Positions 1 to 9,010 of a stretch of DNA of 64,000 bases are shown one piece after another; position 1 is the stretch's first letter, and the number at the start of each line of letters is the position of its first letter. The translations under genes were made by a program, and so were the position numbers. The stretch spans positions 992,001 through 1,056,000 of the forward strand of contig CDRNVI010000030.1 in NCBI GenBank assembly GCA_977017575.1. The letters are read 5' to 3'. The notes under the pieces are model-generated. The model did not search any database. It was not told the origin of the DNA and saw only the letters and a program-made list of their open reading frames with translations. Source of the stretch: Paramoeba atlantica (Eukaryota > Protista > Discosea).

Positions 1-413
1 AAAAATAGGAAATGTGAACTATAGTACTTTAACATTGCTAAAGAACGAGTGGGACATCATAACATTCCCCCCGGAGTGTTATGAAGCTACAGGAATGTTA
101 AACCGGACTGTGGTTTTCGTTTTTCCGAAACGTAGTGACTAGGGGGGGGGCAAACAACTTGGGGGAAAAGTACCACTATCTCGAAAGCCTTTCTCCTCTA
201 TTCAAATGAAGCACTTTCTCGCTGTCGTGAAAAGTTGCGTTTTTTTCGAAAGAGGTATCGTTGCTTGCTTGCCTGCAAAAGCAGTATTTAGATTATGGCG
301 TACTCTTCATATTATGACGTGATTATTTCACATTTTACTTCAAAATCTTAATCGTAATAACGCCGTCAAATAAATACGTTATATCTAAGATAATAAACGA
401 CGCAAATAATCTT

Positions 414-1295
414 CTAAAAAGAGAATATGTTTTTTCTATCGTGTCCAATTCTATTGAGTAGCTGTTGAGATAGTCGTACTAGCCCAGATGGACCACAAAT
501 AAGAAATAATGTATCTGCGTGAGGACAAGGTAGGTACATGGAAATCATTGGCTCATCTACTCGCCCCGTAATCTCCTTATCCTTACTGAAGTCTTTAGTT
601 AATGTATACGTTACGGTAAAGCGTGAATCTTCCATCAAATTATCAAGCTCCGAACGACATAATATATCAGATTTCGCGCAATTTGAGAATAGAAGGTACA
701 TCTTAGTTTTATCTTTCGCATCTTTCAGCACGGCGTGAATTATTTGCAGCATGGGTGTTATTCCCGTGCCTCCTGCAATCATTCCAATACGTTTGCATCT
801 TCGTATTTCCGTGTTCAATATACCATATTTTCCCATTCCATGATATACAAATTTCCCCTTTGGTCCCATAACGTCCAATGTTGATCCTGTTGAAAGTGAT
901 TTCAAATACTGTGTCATGATACCACCTTTCTTTTGGCCGTATGGTTCATAAACTTTCACAAGAAGATCAAAGTATCCCTTTGCATTTACGGAAGATACAG
1001 GTGTATATGGCCGAGCTACCGTTTTCCCATCAATGCAGGTACGTAAAAATATATGTTGTCCTGCGTCCAATCCAAGAACTGCATTTTTGGGCAAAAGGAA
1101 TCGAAAAACGTACGTATCGTGACTCAACGGGACTTTCAAAGCCAACTTGCACTGTCGATAAAAGTTCTTTTGAAGAAACACAACTCCTCTTATTCTACGG
1201 TATATGACACATCCAATTAGAATAATTCCCGATATGACCGAAGGCAAATATGGACGTAACCGAAAGTGCTGTGCCATGGAGTAACCGAAAGTCAT
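414..1295 (-). CDS. CYB5R: NADH-cytochrome b5 reductase (FAD/NAD-binding FNR family, N-terminal membrane anchor)
   Basis: Motifs RPYTPVS, LLVKVY, GIMTQYL, MIAGGTGITPMLQ and ICGP. Hydrophobic N-terminal segment. Start moved to first ATG. Confidence 0.93.
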   Translation of the reverse strand: MTFGYSMAQHFRLRPYLPSVISGIILIGCVIYRRIRGVVFLQKNFYRQCKLALKVPLSHDTYVFRFLLPKNAVLGLDAGQHIFLRTCIDGKTVARPYTPVSSVNAKGYFDLLVKVYEPYGQKKGGIMTQYLKSLSTGSTLDVMGPKGKFVYHGMGKYGILNTEIRRCKRIGMIAGGTGITPMLQIIHAVLKDAKDKTKMYLLFSNCAKSDILCRSELDNLMEDSRFTVTYTLTKDFSKDKEITGRVDEPMISMYLPCPHADTLFLICGPSGLVRLSQQLLNRIGHDRKNIFSF

Positions 1296-1580
1296 AAAAG
1301 TTACTGTCGTTATCGTTACTTTGTGTTCCAAATTGTTGTCGGTGTACTGACTTACTTTGTGGGTCAAAATTTATGTTATAAATTTCTTTACTTCATTAAT
1401 AAGAGTCCTTGACACCCAGAGTGGTAAAATTTCTTAAAAGTATATACAATGTGTATAAAATCTATCTACAATGACTCGGAACCGAATGCTCTCCATGTTC
1501 TTGAGCAAGGTCATTAAAAGAAACCACGACGTTAAAAAACAAGTAAGATCCCTCGACTTGTGAAGTGAACTCTCTGTTCA

Positions 1581-2336
1581 TTATTCTTTCCCCCATACGT
1601 CTTGTATCATAGTCTCAGACCAGTAACTTGCCCGAAGAGATCCCGGAAGTTCCCCGAGATATACTAATCCGCAAAGCTCTTTATTCCTGCTTAAATCGAT
1701 CCACCTTAGACTCCCAGGCAAATGAGAAAGGTCGACCTCGCCCGAGAATTGGTTTACGTGAAGAAAAATATCTAGTAAAGTAGGAGGCAACCGCGTTAGC
1801 TCGAGACTACCAGTAAAACTATTGCATGCCAGCGCGAGGGAAACAAGTTTGGGAGGAAGCTCTGCAAGGTTAACACTCCCCGATAAACGATTCTCAACGA
1901 CGGAGATAGTAATTAGAGCACCTGGAATAGGTGGAGAAACTAAATCAAGAGATCCAGAGAACTGATTGCGCATCAAAGAAATCTCACTCAGCGACGAGGG
2001 AAGAGATCCAAGATTTATCCCACCCGTTAGAGCATTATTTTGGAGATGTAGTACACGTACAGAGTGTGGTAGATAAGACCAATTTATCGAACCCTTGAGT
2101 TCCTTTCCACGAGACAATGCCGACACAGTAATGTGGGTTACTTCCTCTAAGGAAGAACAAGCAATTCCAAACCAAGAGCATGCCGGAGTCTTAACGGACC
2201 ACCCAGCTTCCGGGTTAATTATCTCCTGAAAGAAACGAGAGAGGTCGTACTCGGCCGGAAGCGGGATACCTCTAATCTTCTTAGGCCGAGTACCTTTTGC
2301 TTCTTCTCTAGTGTACAGAACCAATGTTTGAAACAT
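1581..2336 (-). CDS. Leucine-rich repeat protein (LRRNT_2-like cap plus LxxLxLxxNxF/LSG repeats)
   Basis: PACSWFGIAC cap followed by about 7 LP..L..L.L..N.[FL]SG repeats. Confidence 0.88.
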   Translation of the reverse strand: MFQTLVLYTREEAKGTRPKKIRGIPLPAEYDLSRFFQEIINPEAGWSVKTPACSWFGIACSSLEEVTHITVSALSRGKELKGSINWSYLPHSVRVLHLQNNALTGGINLGSLPSSLSEISLMRNQFSGSLDLVSPPIPGALITISVVENRLSGSVNLAELPPKLVSLALACNSFTGSLELTRLPPTLLDIFLHVNQFSGEVDLSHLPGSLRWIDLSRNKELCGLVYLGELPGSLRASYWSETMIQDVWGKE

Positions 2337-2564
2337 TATTTAATAAAGTATACGAACTATATTGAAGATGTATTCAAAAAGAACATGCGGCAGGAAATAC
2401 GATTACAAAGCAAGTCGCAGGTACCTTACCCTAGTTTACTCTATTCTGCGGATCTGATATAATTTAGTTAGATTCTACTGCGAAACGAAATTTCGGACCA
2501 AGGCGTTTCCTGATATTCGCTATACATATTAGTTCTTGTGCTTTCTTCCTTATACATTTCCTTA

Positions 2565-2585
2565 TACCACGTAGACTACGTGGTA
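2565..2585. repeat. Palindrome (10-bp arms, 1-nt centre)
   Basis: TACCACGTAG-A-CTACGTGGTA read directly. Confidence 0.8.
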
Positions 2586-2922
2586 GACTACATGACCACT
2601 ACGGCATATTAGTCCGTAGGGTTTCAAGCAAGAACGCTTTCTAGATCACTTTAGTTATTTAGCGAAGTAGTGGAACTATATCGTTTATTCCATCATGTAT
2701 GAACTAGAATACAAAACTCTCGCAACCACTCTACATAATTCGGCACAGGTGGCTAAGACCAGTTACACGGATGAAACCGCAAGATCCTGACATGCTCTTG
2801 ATCACGAAGAGAATGCAGCTCAGCCGCTCTGTCAGGCCAGTTGTGACGTCGAAGCACTAGAAAAAAAAAACAATTAACCAAAGCTTTATGAAAGTACCCC
2901 CCTAGGCCCACCGGAAGCCTAC

Positions 2923-3249
2923 TTATGAAAGACTATTATCATTTGATTGAGAGTTAGTTATGCTCCCGGCATTTGCGTCCTGCTGCTCTTCTACATGTAT
3001 TCTCTCGGTGGTTTCTAAACCTCGATGAAGTGCAGCTGTTCCCTTGGCATAATACCGGTCGTGTCGCCTTGCCTCTGAAGCGCTGTGATTAATCTGTGTT
3101 GGGAATAAGAGACAATCCTTTGCAAAGTGACCTATTTGGTGACAACGATGACACTTAATATCACGCCTGCACTCAAGATGAGTATGTCCATCAGAACCAC
3201 ATCGGGTGCAGTACGCAACATTTTTTTCATGATTTTTAAACTTGAACAT
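2923..3249 (-). CDS. Short protein with two CCHC zinc knuckles (Gag-like remnant or CNBP/UMSBP-like)
   Basis: CTRCGSDGHTHLEC and CHRCHQIGHFAKDC both fit CX2CX4HX4C. No pol ORF nearby. Confidence 0.6.
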   Translation of the reverse strand: MFKFKNHEKNVAYCTRCGSDGHTHLECRRDIKCHRCHQIGHFAKDCLLFPTQINHSASEARRHDRYYAKGTAALHRGLETTERIHVEEQQDANAGSITNSQSNDNSLS

Positions 3250-3547
3250 TATGGGGGTGAGATCAATAAACAATGTACGAAAAACTTAATGTATAAAACG
3301 AGAAACAAAATTTAAAAGAGAATGAAGAGAATATTTGTCAAAGTAAATTTAATATGACCGAGATTCGTGGGACATACATGATCCGTATGATTTACATGTA
3401 TAGCACAATTGACGATGCTGCAATGGTATACAGTGGATGATGTTTGTAATATGATTTTGCGCAACACGAATAAGACGTATTGCTGCGCTATCACCATGCT
3501 ATGTACTTTGTGCGAGCCGCGACACATAATTTCACCCGTTCGTAGTA

Positions 3548-5704
3548 TTATTTTCTCGTCGCATTTCGTTTGCTTCCCGACAGTAAGTCTGACGAGACTA
3601 ACGACTCAGGAAAACTGAGCCGCGACGCCATGCCAGAAGCAAGTTCGAGCCAGTCGGAGGCGATCTGAGGTGTGACACGAGAGTCATTCTGGTACGAATG
3701 GTGCCCTCTTACAAACTCTCTCATGAATGCAGCAGTAGTTTTCAATTCCCCATTTGCTTTTCGACGTACGAATTCTACGTAACGAAGGAGAGTTTCCGCA
3801 CTTTTTTCGTGCGATTCCAGTTTGGAAGTGACAGGTTGATTTTCCAAGGTATCGTGTACAACGCGCTCAACGTAGTGCGCTATGCCTTTAAAAGAGCCAT
3901 CTTCGGTACCGCAAATAATTTCTTTGATAAGAAGTGGTTGAATCACAGCCTCTCCGTCATCTTCGATGTTTACCCGCCAGCGGAAACTGCGCTCGCGAAC
4001 GGCGTCTCTACGGTGCGCCTTGGCTAAGTTAATCTCTACCACGCTCAGTGGGACATAGCAATGCAAATTATACATCACTATTGCTCGTGCAAAGAGAACG
4101 ACAAACACAGCAAAAGCAGCGTTCTCAAACGTACTCATCGATACTTCCATCACACGGAACTCCACCCGCCAGCCAATATCCGGACGTCCCGCAGGGGGAG
4201 GCTTAAAACGCACGGTTTGCCAGTTGGTGCTTTGAATATTTTCAAAGTGATCACTGCTCGGGATGTGCGAGGAATTACAATCCTCCGATCCCAATGCACC
4301 ATCATACACCACCAACGGATCCCGTATAAACAAGTGCGCAATGTGACGCGCCAGTACCTCATCCACCCCAGCTTTCATCAACGCCTGCAGCGCACGCGCA
4401 TCCACCTGCAACGGACAGTCATTATACCTCCCCAAATCCGGGGAGCGCTGGCCAATAAACGAACTGATACTGTCGTACCGCGACTTGGGAATCCGCGGGA
4501 CCTCCTCATCCACGCGGTCATCCACGGAGGCACTGATCGTCATCCACCGCACGTCGCTGTCGGTGAGCAGCCCTTTCTGCACGGCGGTGGCCGCGGTGAG
4601 GGCGAGCATCACGGGGCACAGCACCGCGAGCTGGTCGTACACGTGCCGGGCCTCCTCGATGTGGCGCAGCTGCAGGGTGACCTGCAGGCAGCAGCAGCCC
4701 ATGCCGAAGGCCATGCAGTCCATGTAGACCCCGGGGTGGGAGACGGGGGGGAGGGTGGGGGTGCCGTTGGGATGTGTTGTGGCGGGTTGGCTCGGGTCCC
4801 CGTCGTACCGGTGCCGCACCCCGGCAATGTTGCCGTAGTACTGGGGGTAGTAGTACTGGGTGAAGGCGGGGGAGACTTGGAGCGCGGGGAGGGGGGAGGG
4901 GGGGGAGGGGGTCCGGGGAGGGGCCTGGGCGGCAGGAGGGGCGTCCTGGGCGTTCGTGGTGAGGGAGGATTCCGGGGAGGCGACCTCTGCCCCAATGTGT
5001 TGGTTTCGCGGGTCGAGGTCAATGTTGCGTACGGGGTCGATTTGTGTGCGGGGTTCGAGGAGTAGAGGGATTTGGATGCAGACTTTTCGTCGGCGGCGAA
5101 GGCGGATGTTTTGGGTGAGGGTGAGAAACCGTGGGTGGGGGTTGATACAGGCGTCGGGGATAAAGAGACTTCCGGAGTGTGTGTTGGTCGAGGGGTCCAG
5201 CTCAACGGGAGGATCAGTAAAAGATCCCACCCCGAGTAGTGGAAACGTACTCAGAAGTAACGGAACGTCGTCGGTTGGCCGCAACCGGTTCCGAAGGTAT
5301 TCGTAGCGCTGCTGCATGTTCCCCTCCACGGAGCGCAGAGAGAGAAGGGTGTCGTTGTACGGACGCATCGGGGTGCTTTCCATCATAAAGCTGGCGTACT
5401 CGGGAAGCCAGTGTCCCACTTGATCGCGTTCCTCCAGAGGCTGTAGCGTGTCGACCAGATTCGCAGCACGTAGACTCAGCGTGTAGCGTGGTTTCTGGTT
5501 GGATGCGCCTGTGGCCGACTGTCGGTGCGTTATAAGGTATTCGAGCTCGTCGCCCCACAAAAAAGGGTCCTTGTCACGATCACGGTTGTTGCAAAAGATT
5601 TCAAGCACCTGAGCAATACCTTGTTGGAGTACGTACTGGTTCGCCGCCGGGCGGCGAGCATCAGTCCACTTGATGGGTGCACCCAGACGTGACAGGAGCC
5701 CCAT
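3548..5704 (-). CDS. GSH1: Glutamate-cysteine ligase catalytic subunit (gamma-glutamylcysteine synthetase)
   Basis: Motifs WGDELEY, WLPEYASFMMESTP, YMDCMAFGMGCCCLQVT, KSRYDS, HFENIQSTNWQTVRFKPP and GWRVEFR. Confidence 0.97.
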   Translation of the reverse strand: MGLLSRLGAPIKWTDARRPAANQYVLQQGIAQVLEIFCNNRDRDKDPFLWGDELEYLITHRQSATGASNQKPRYTLSLRAANLVDTLQPLEERDQVGHWLPEYASFMMESTPMRPYNDTLLSLRSVEGNMQQRYEYLRNRLRPTDDVPLLLSTFPLLGVGSFTDPPVELDPSTNTHSGSLFIPDACINPHPRFLTLTQNIRLRRRRKVCIQIPLLLEPRTQIDPVRNIDLDPRNQHIGAEVASPESSLTTNAQDAPPAAQAPPRTPSPPSPLPALQVSPAFTQYYYPQYYGNIAGVRHRYDGDPSQPATTHPNGTPTLPPVSHPGVYMDCMAFGMGCCCLQVTLQLRHIEEARHVYDQLAVLCPVMLALTAATAVQKGLLTDSDVRWMTISASVDDRVDEEVPRIPKSRYDSISSFIGQRSPDLGRYNDCPLQVDARALQALMKAGVDEVLARHIAHLFIRDPLVVYDGALGSEDCNSSHIPSSDHFENIQSTNWQTVRFKPPPAGRPDIGWRVEFRVMEVSMSTFENAAFAVFVVLFARAIVMYNLHCYVPLSVVEINLAKAHRRDAVRERSFRWRVNIEDDGEAVIQPLLIKEIICGTEDGSFKGIAHYVERVVHDTLENQPVTSKLESHEKSAETLLRYVEFVRRKANGELKTTAAFMREFVRGHHSYQNDSRVTPQIASDWLELASGMASRLSFPESLVSSDLLSGSKRNATRK

Positions 5705-6034
5705 GGAGAAAAGTAAAGCTGTATGACTTAAACTAGGGAAGGAAATGAGATGGAAAATCACAAGAATTTTAATATACGTTCGACGCCAAAGGAAGAGTTT
5801 TTCCTTTCAGGAAGATTTCGCGATACAAAATTATTATTTTGATCACAAAGAATTTTGTATATACTGTATTATTAATACGGCGTTCACATTTCATGGTACT
5901 TCTGTTAATGAAAACAAGCAAAGAATTGGTAGCAAAATCTGTTGGCATAGCCACAATTCTGGTCAAGACATTTTCTCAATTTGCTTATTCACTCGCTGTG
6001 CCTTCAACGAACTTTTCATTCGATTAGTGAAAAC

Positions 6035-7216
6035 CTAGCGCAGCGTCTTTTGCTGAAAACCTTGATCACCTTTTACACGAAATTCCATCGGACTGTATTG
6101 CACTTGAGGGTACTCATGAATTCTGCGGTGATCTTCGAGCTTCGTACCTCCGACCCAGATGTCCATCTGCTCCGGATTGACAGACTTCCCGGCACAAATC
6201 TCTCGCTTGACTTCCCACACGTACTTCATCGGGTCGCACATACGACGCTCCGCCCCTGGGTACGGGTCAGCCATTAGTCCACCACTGGGCGACCCGCCAT
6301 AGTTCATATTCTGACTGGAGTGTTGTGAGGAGGACTGATTCTGTTGTGTGTTTGTGGAGGAACGAGAACTTTCTTGGCGCTGTCTTTGCCGTTCTTCCTT
6401 AGCTTCAAGCTCGCGACGTCGGGCGGCTGCATCGGTTTCCTTTTGTTTTTGTACCGGTCTGTAGGCTCCCGACTTTACATCTCGATAACGCGCGCGAAGA
6501 CTTTCGGCGTTGAAACAGTCAGAGAAGTCAACACCATTTTCATGAAGGTATTGTGTGATCTCGGAAACGGGGGTGGAGTCTTCTGCATTGTTTTCGCATT
6601 CCTTTTGTTGAGAATCGGGACTTGATTCGATCACAATCTCTGTTTCAGAAATCACTTCCGCGCTTATTGGAGTACCGTCTTCCGGGCTACTTGTTGTACA
6701 AGTGAATTCCCTGACTTCTTGTCGTACGATGCGGGGAGTTTCAACTGAAGCAGCTGGTTTGTCTTTGACACTTGTAGATGAACTCTCTTCAGGTTCTTTC
6801 ATCTTTAAAAATTGTTGAATGTCGTCATGAAGTGAAGCAGCTTCCCCCTGAACAGTACCAACGCGAACACAATATGCCTTTATTTTTGACAGGAGCGTGT
6901 CCCATTTCTGTTTTAGTGTATCGGACGATAGAAGCTCGCGTTGATTCTGTTGTGCTATATCAACTGCCTCTTGCTTGACTACACGAGCGGCACTGCACAT
7001 ATCACGTAGATCAAGAGATTGTCCCTTAAACTCTTCCGCAGCTTTGAGGAGTGTTTCTCGGGTCATACGACCACTTGGATCAACTGCAGCGTAGGAACGA
7101 ACCCCCGTGACTAATACGGGAAAGCACATGTTGGTATTTGTAGCGCGACGGTCCATTACAGAACGTTTGAATGGCGAACGAGCCATAGATTTAAACAAAG
7201 AATCTGCACGCAACAT
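6035..7216 (-). CDS. Hypothetical protein, probable mitochondrial presequence, C-terminal ubiquitin-like domain
   Basis: Arg/Ser-rich N-terminus. C-terminal VWEVKREIC...EQMDIWVGGTKLED.R.I.EYP pattern resembles a beta-grasp fold. Paralogous to 7436-8098. Confidence 0.65.
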   Translation of the reverse strand: MLRADSLFKSMARSPFKRSVMDRRATNTNMCFPVLVTGVRSYAAVDPSGRMTRETLLKAAEEFKGQSLDLRDMCSAARVVKQEAVDIAQQNQRELLSSDTLKQKWDTLLSKIKAYCVRVGTVQGEAASLHDDIQQFLKMKEPEESSSTSVKDKPAASVETPRIVRQEVREFTCTTSSPEDGTPISAEVISETEIVIESSPDSQQKECENNAEDSTPVSEITQYLHENGVDFSDCFNAESLRARYRDVKSGAYRPVQKQKETDAAARRRELEAKEERQRQRQESSRSSTNTQQNQSSSQHSSQNMNYGGSPSGGLMADPYPGAERRMCDPMKYVWEVKREICAGKSVNPEQMDIWVGGTKLEDHRRIHEYPQVQYSPMEFRVKGDQGFQQKTLR

Positions 7217-7349
7217 AATGAGTTTCAAAGGAGATCAAATCACAAAACAAATGCTATTATTTTGCACTAAAGGTACGCGCTAAGACGACGTTATCCCTTT
7301 CAAAAACGATAAGCTTAGCCGTCAACCATGCAAAAACCAAATACTCGTC

Positions 7350-7386
7350 TATATGAAATATAGATATTATATCTATATTTCATATA
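7350..7386. repeat. 37-bp AT-rich palindrome (18-bp arms)
   Basis: TATATGAAATATAGATAT-T-ATATCTATATTTCATATA, perfect arms. Confidence 0.9.
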
Positions 7387-7435
7387 TAACTATATGAAAT
7401 TATGAAGACATTATTTTTTTGCAATCCCCCCTTAC

Positions 7436-8098
7436 CTATCTCCTCGCCCGGCTCCGCATCTGTACCGGCGCTCCACGCTGTAGGTCAGGGTAATCCAGAA
7501 CTTTTCGAAAATCCTCCAGCACCTTATCCCCGGCCAGCAATTCCATCTGGGAGGGCTCGTACCCTTGCTGCCGGCACAGCTCCTCCTTCACCTCCCAGAT
7601 GTATTTCCACGGAGCCACGGCGTAGCGAGGCATCGTGGGGTACGGGTCCGGGGTGATTGCGGTGCCATCATACTCGCTGGAGTAGCAGCGACCACTAGAG
7701 GGAAGGGAACCTCCCGTCAAGGGTACAGAGGATGCAGCAGATGCCGAAGAGGCCACACTCGAGGGCATGTGCTGCTCCCGTAGACTCCCAAGCTCGGTTC
7801 GTTTTTTAGCTTGCTTCGGGTTGACATAGGAACCCTCGCGTACGGCGGCATATCGTGCTCGTAAGCTCCTGGCGTCGGGGCAGTCAGAGAAGTCAATGCC
7901 CTTGTCATAGAGGTATTCTGTGATTTCAGTGATGGTGGCTTTGTCGGAGGCAGCGGGCTCGGATGGGGGGTAGAGGGAGCTGAGGAAGGCTTGTCGGGAG
8001 TGGGAAAGGAGCGGAGGATGGCGTTCGGAGACGAGGAAAATAGGTGTGGAAGATGAGGAAACGCGGAGAGAACGCCCACAGAAAAGCAAACGATGCAT
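7436..8098 (-). CDS. Hypothetical protein, tandem paralogue of 6035-7216, C-terminal ubiquitin-like domain
   Basis: Shares EIT.YL...G.DFSDC..A.SLRARY, DPYP and KY.WEVK.E.C....P.QM....G...LED.R with the neighbouring gene. Confidence 0.7.
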   Translation of the reverse strand: MHRLLFCGRSLRVSSSSTPIFLVSERHPPLLSHSRQAFLSSLYPPSEPAASDKATITEITEYLYDKGIDFSDCPDARSLRARYAAVREGSYVNPKQAKKRTELGSLREQHMPSSVASSASAASSVPLTGGSLPSSGRCYSSEYDGTAITPDPYPTMPRYAVAPWKYIWEVKEELCRQQGYEPSQMELLAGDKVLEDFRKVLDYPDLQRGAPVQMRSRARR

Positions 8099-8449
8099 AT
8101 AGGCTAGATAATTAGGATAAAAATAGATTATTTTTTAAGAATGAATAAATATTTGTTTCGGATAATAAAGAGGATAATTTTTATTAGGACAATCTGAAAT
8201 AATGTGAATGGAGATAAACAGTGAAACTCTAAAGAACAAATTCTTTAGGATCCTTAAAGTTTATGGCGATGTCGAAGCACTACGTCTCATGTAAGAGCAT
8301 GAATAATATGAAAATCCATGCATACACAATAAGAAAATAACCTAATACGAGTATTATACTGTACAAGTATCATGCCGATTTCTCCCCATTTTGATTCGAA
8401 GAAAAGATTACAACTCTACGGCGCCTCATTAGTCTTTAACCGTTGACTC

Positions 8450-8743
8450 CTAATATTTGTTTCCATCATTGTCATCGTAGCGAAATTTCCAAGGTCGATA
8501 ATTGAGATTATTTTCGAGCAAAAATAAATTGCGATTCCTTTGTGAAAAGAAGGTCAATCCCATAAACAAAGGTGTCCAGTAGGGAACAAACCAACGATCC
8601 AACAGAAAAGTTTTCACATCTAACCACTTGTCTATTACATCTTGCGTTTCCGCATGAAAAGAAACCAGCTTATGTCGTGTACGAAAATGATCAACAATAC
8701 TGTTCCACATTTGTGGTGAACTCGAAAGAGTATCCTCAGCCAT
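8450..8743 (-). CDS. ATPEG3: Euglenozoa-specific mitochondrial ATP synthase subunit, ATPEG3-like
   Basis: 97 aa with DHFR..K......E.Q...D.WL.VK, W..P.W.PLF and SQR.RNLFL.EN.L.YRP.KFR, matching my recollection of the trypanosome subunit. Needs BLAST confirmation. Confidence 0.7.
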   Translation of the reverse strand: MAEDTLSSSPQMWNSIVDHFRTRHKLVSFHAETQDVIDKWLDVKTFLLDRWFVPYWTPLFMGLTFFSQRNRNLFLLENNLNYRPWKFRYDDNDGNKY

Positions 8744-9010
8744 TCGAGCAGTCTGATAAAAAAAGTAAAAAAGGGGAATTCAAAGATAGATTCAATTCAA
8801 AGATATTAAATTAAGGATTATAGTCTGTCGAGAAAATGTGAAGAGTAAAATGGCCATGCACAAACATACTTTAAATAAGATAAAGGGAAGCAAAAATAAA
8901 GGGAGCGCGGCCAAAACAAGTCATAAATACCAATACTAAATATTGCGTAACGTGTTTTTTCAGCAAAAACGTAACCGAGGCGACGCCAACACCACACAAA
9001 AGTATTTTCT

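Noticed and set aside
4061-5065. 334-aa plus-strand ORF antisense to GSH1, and the 198-aa alternate-frame Pro-rich ORF at 4609-5205
   Set aside because: Stop-poor shadows of the GC-rich island. No domain content.
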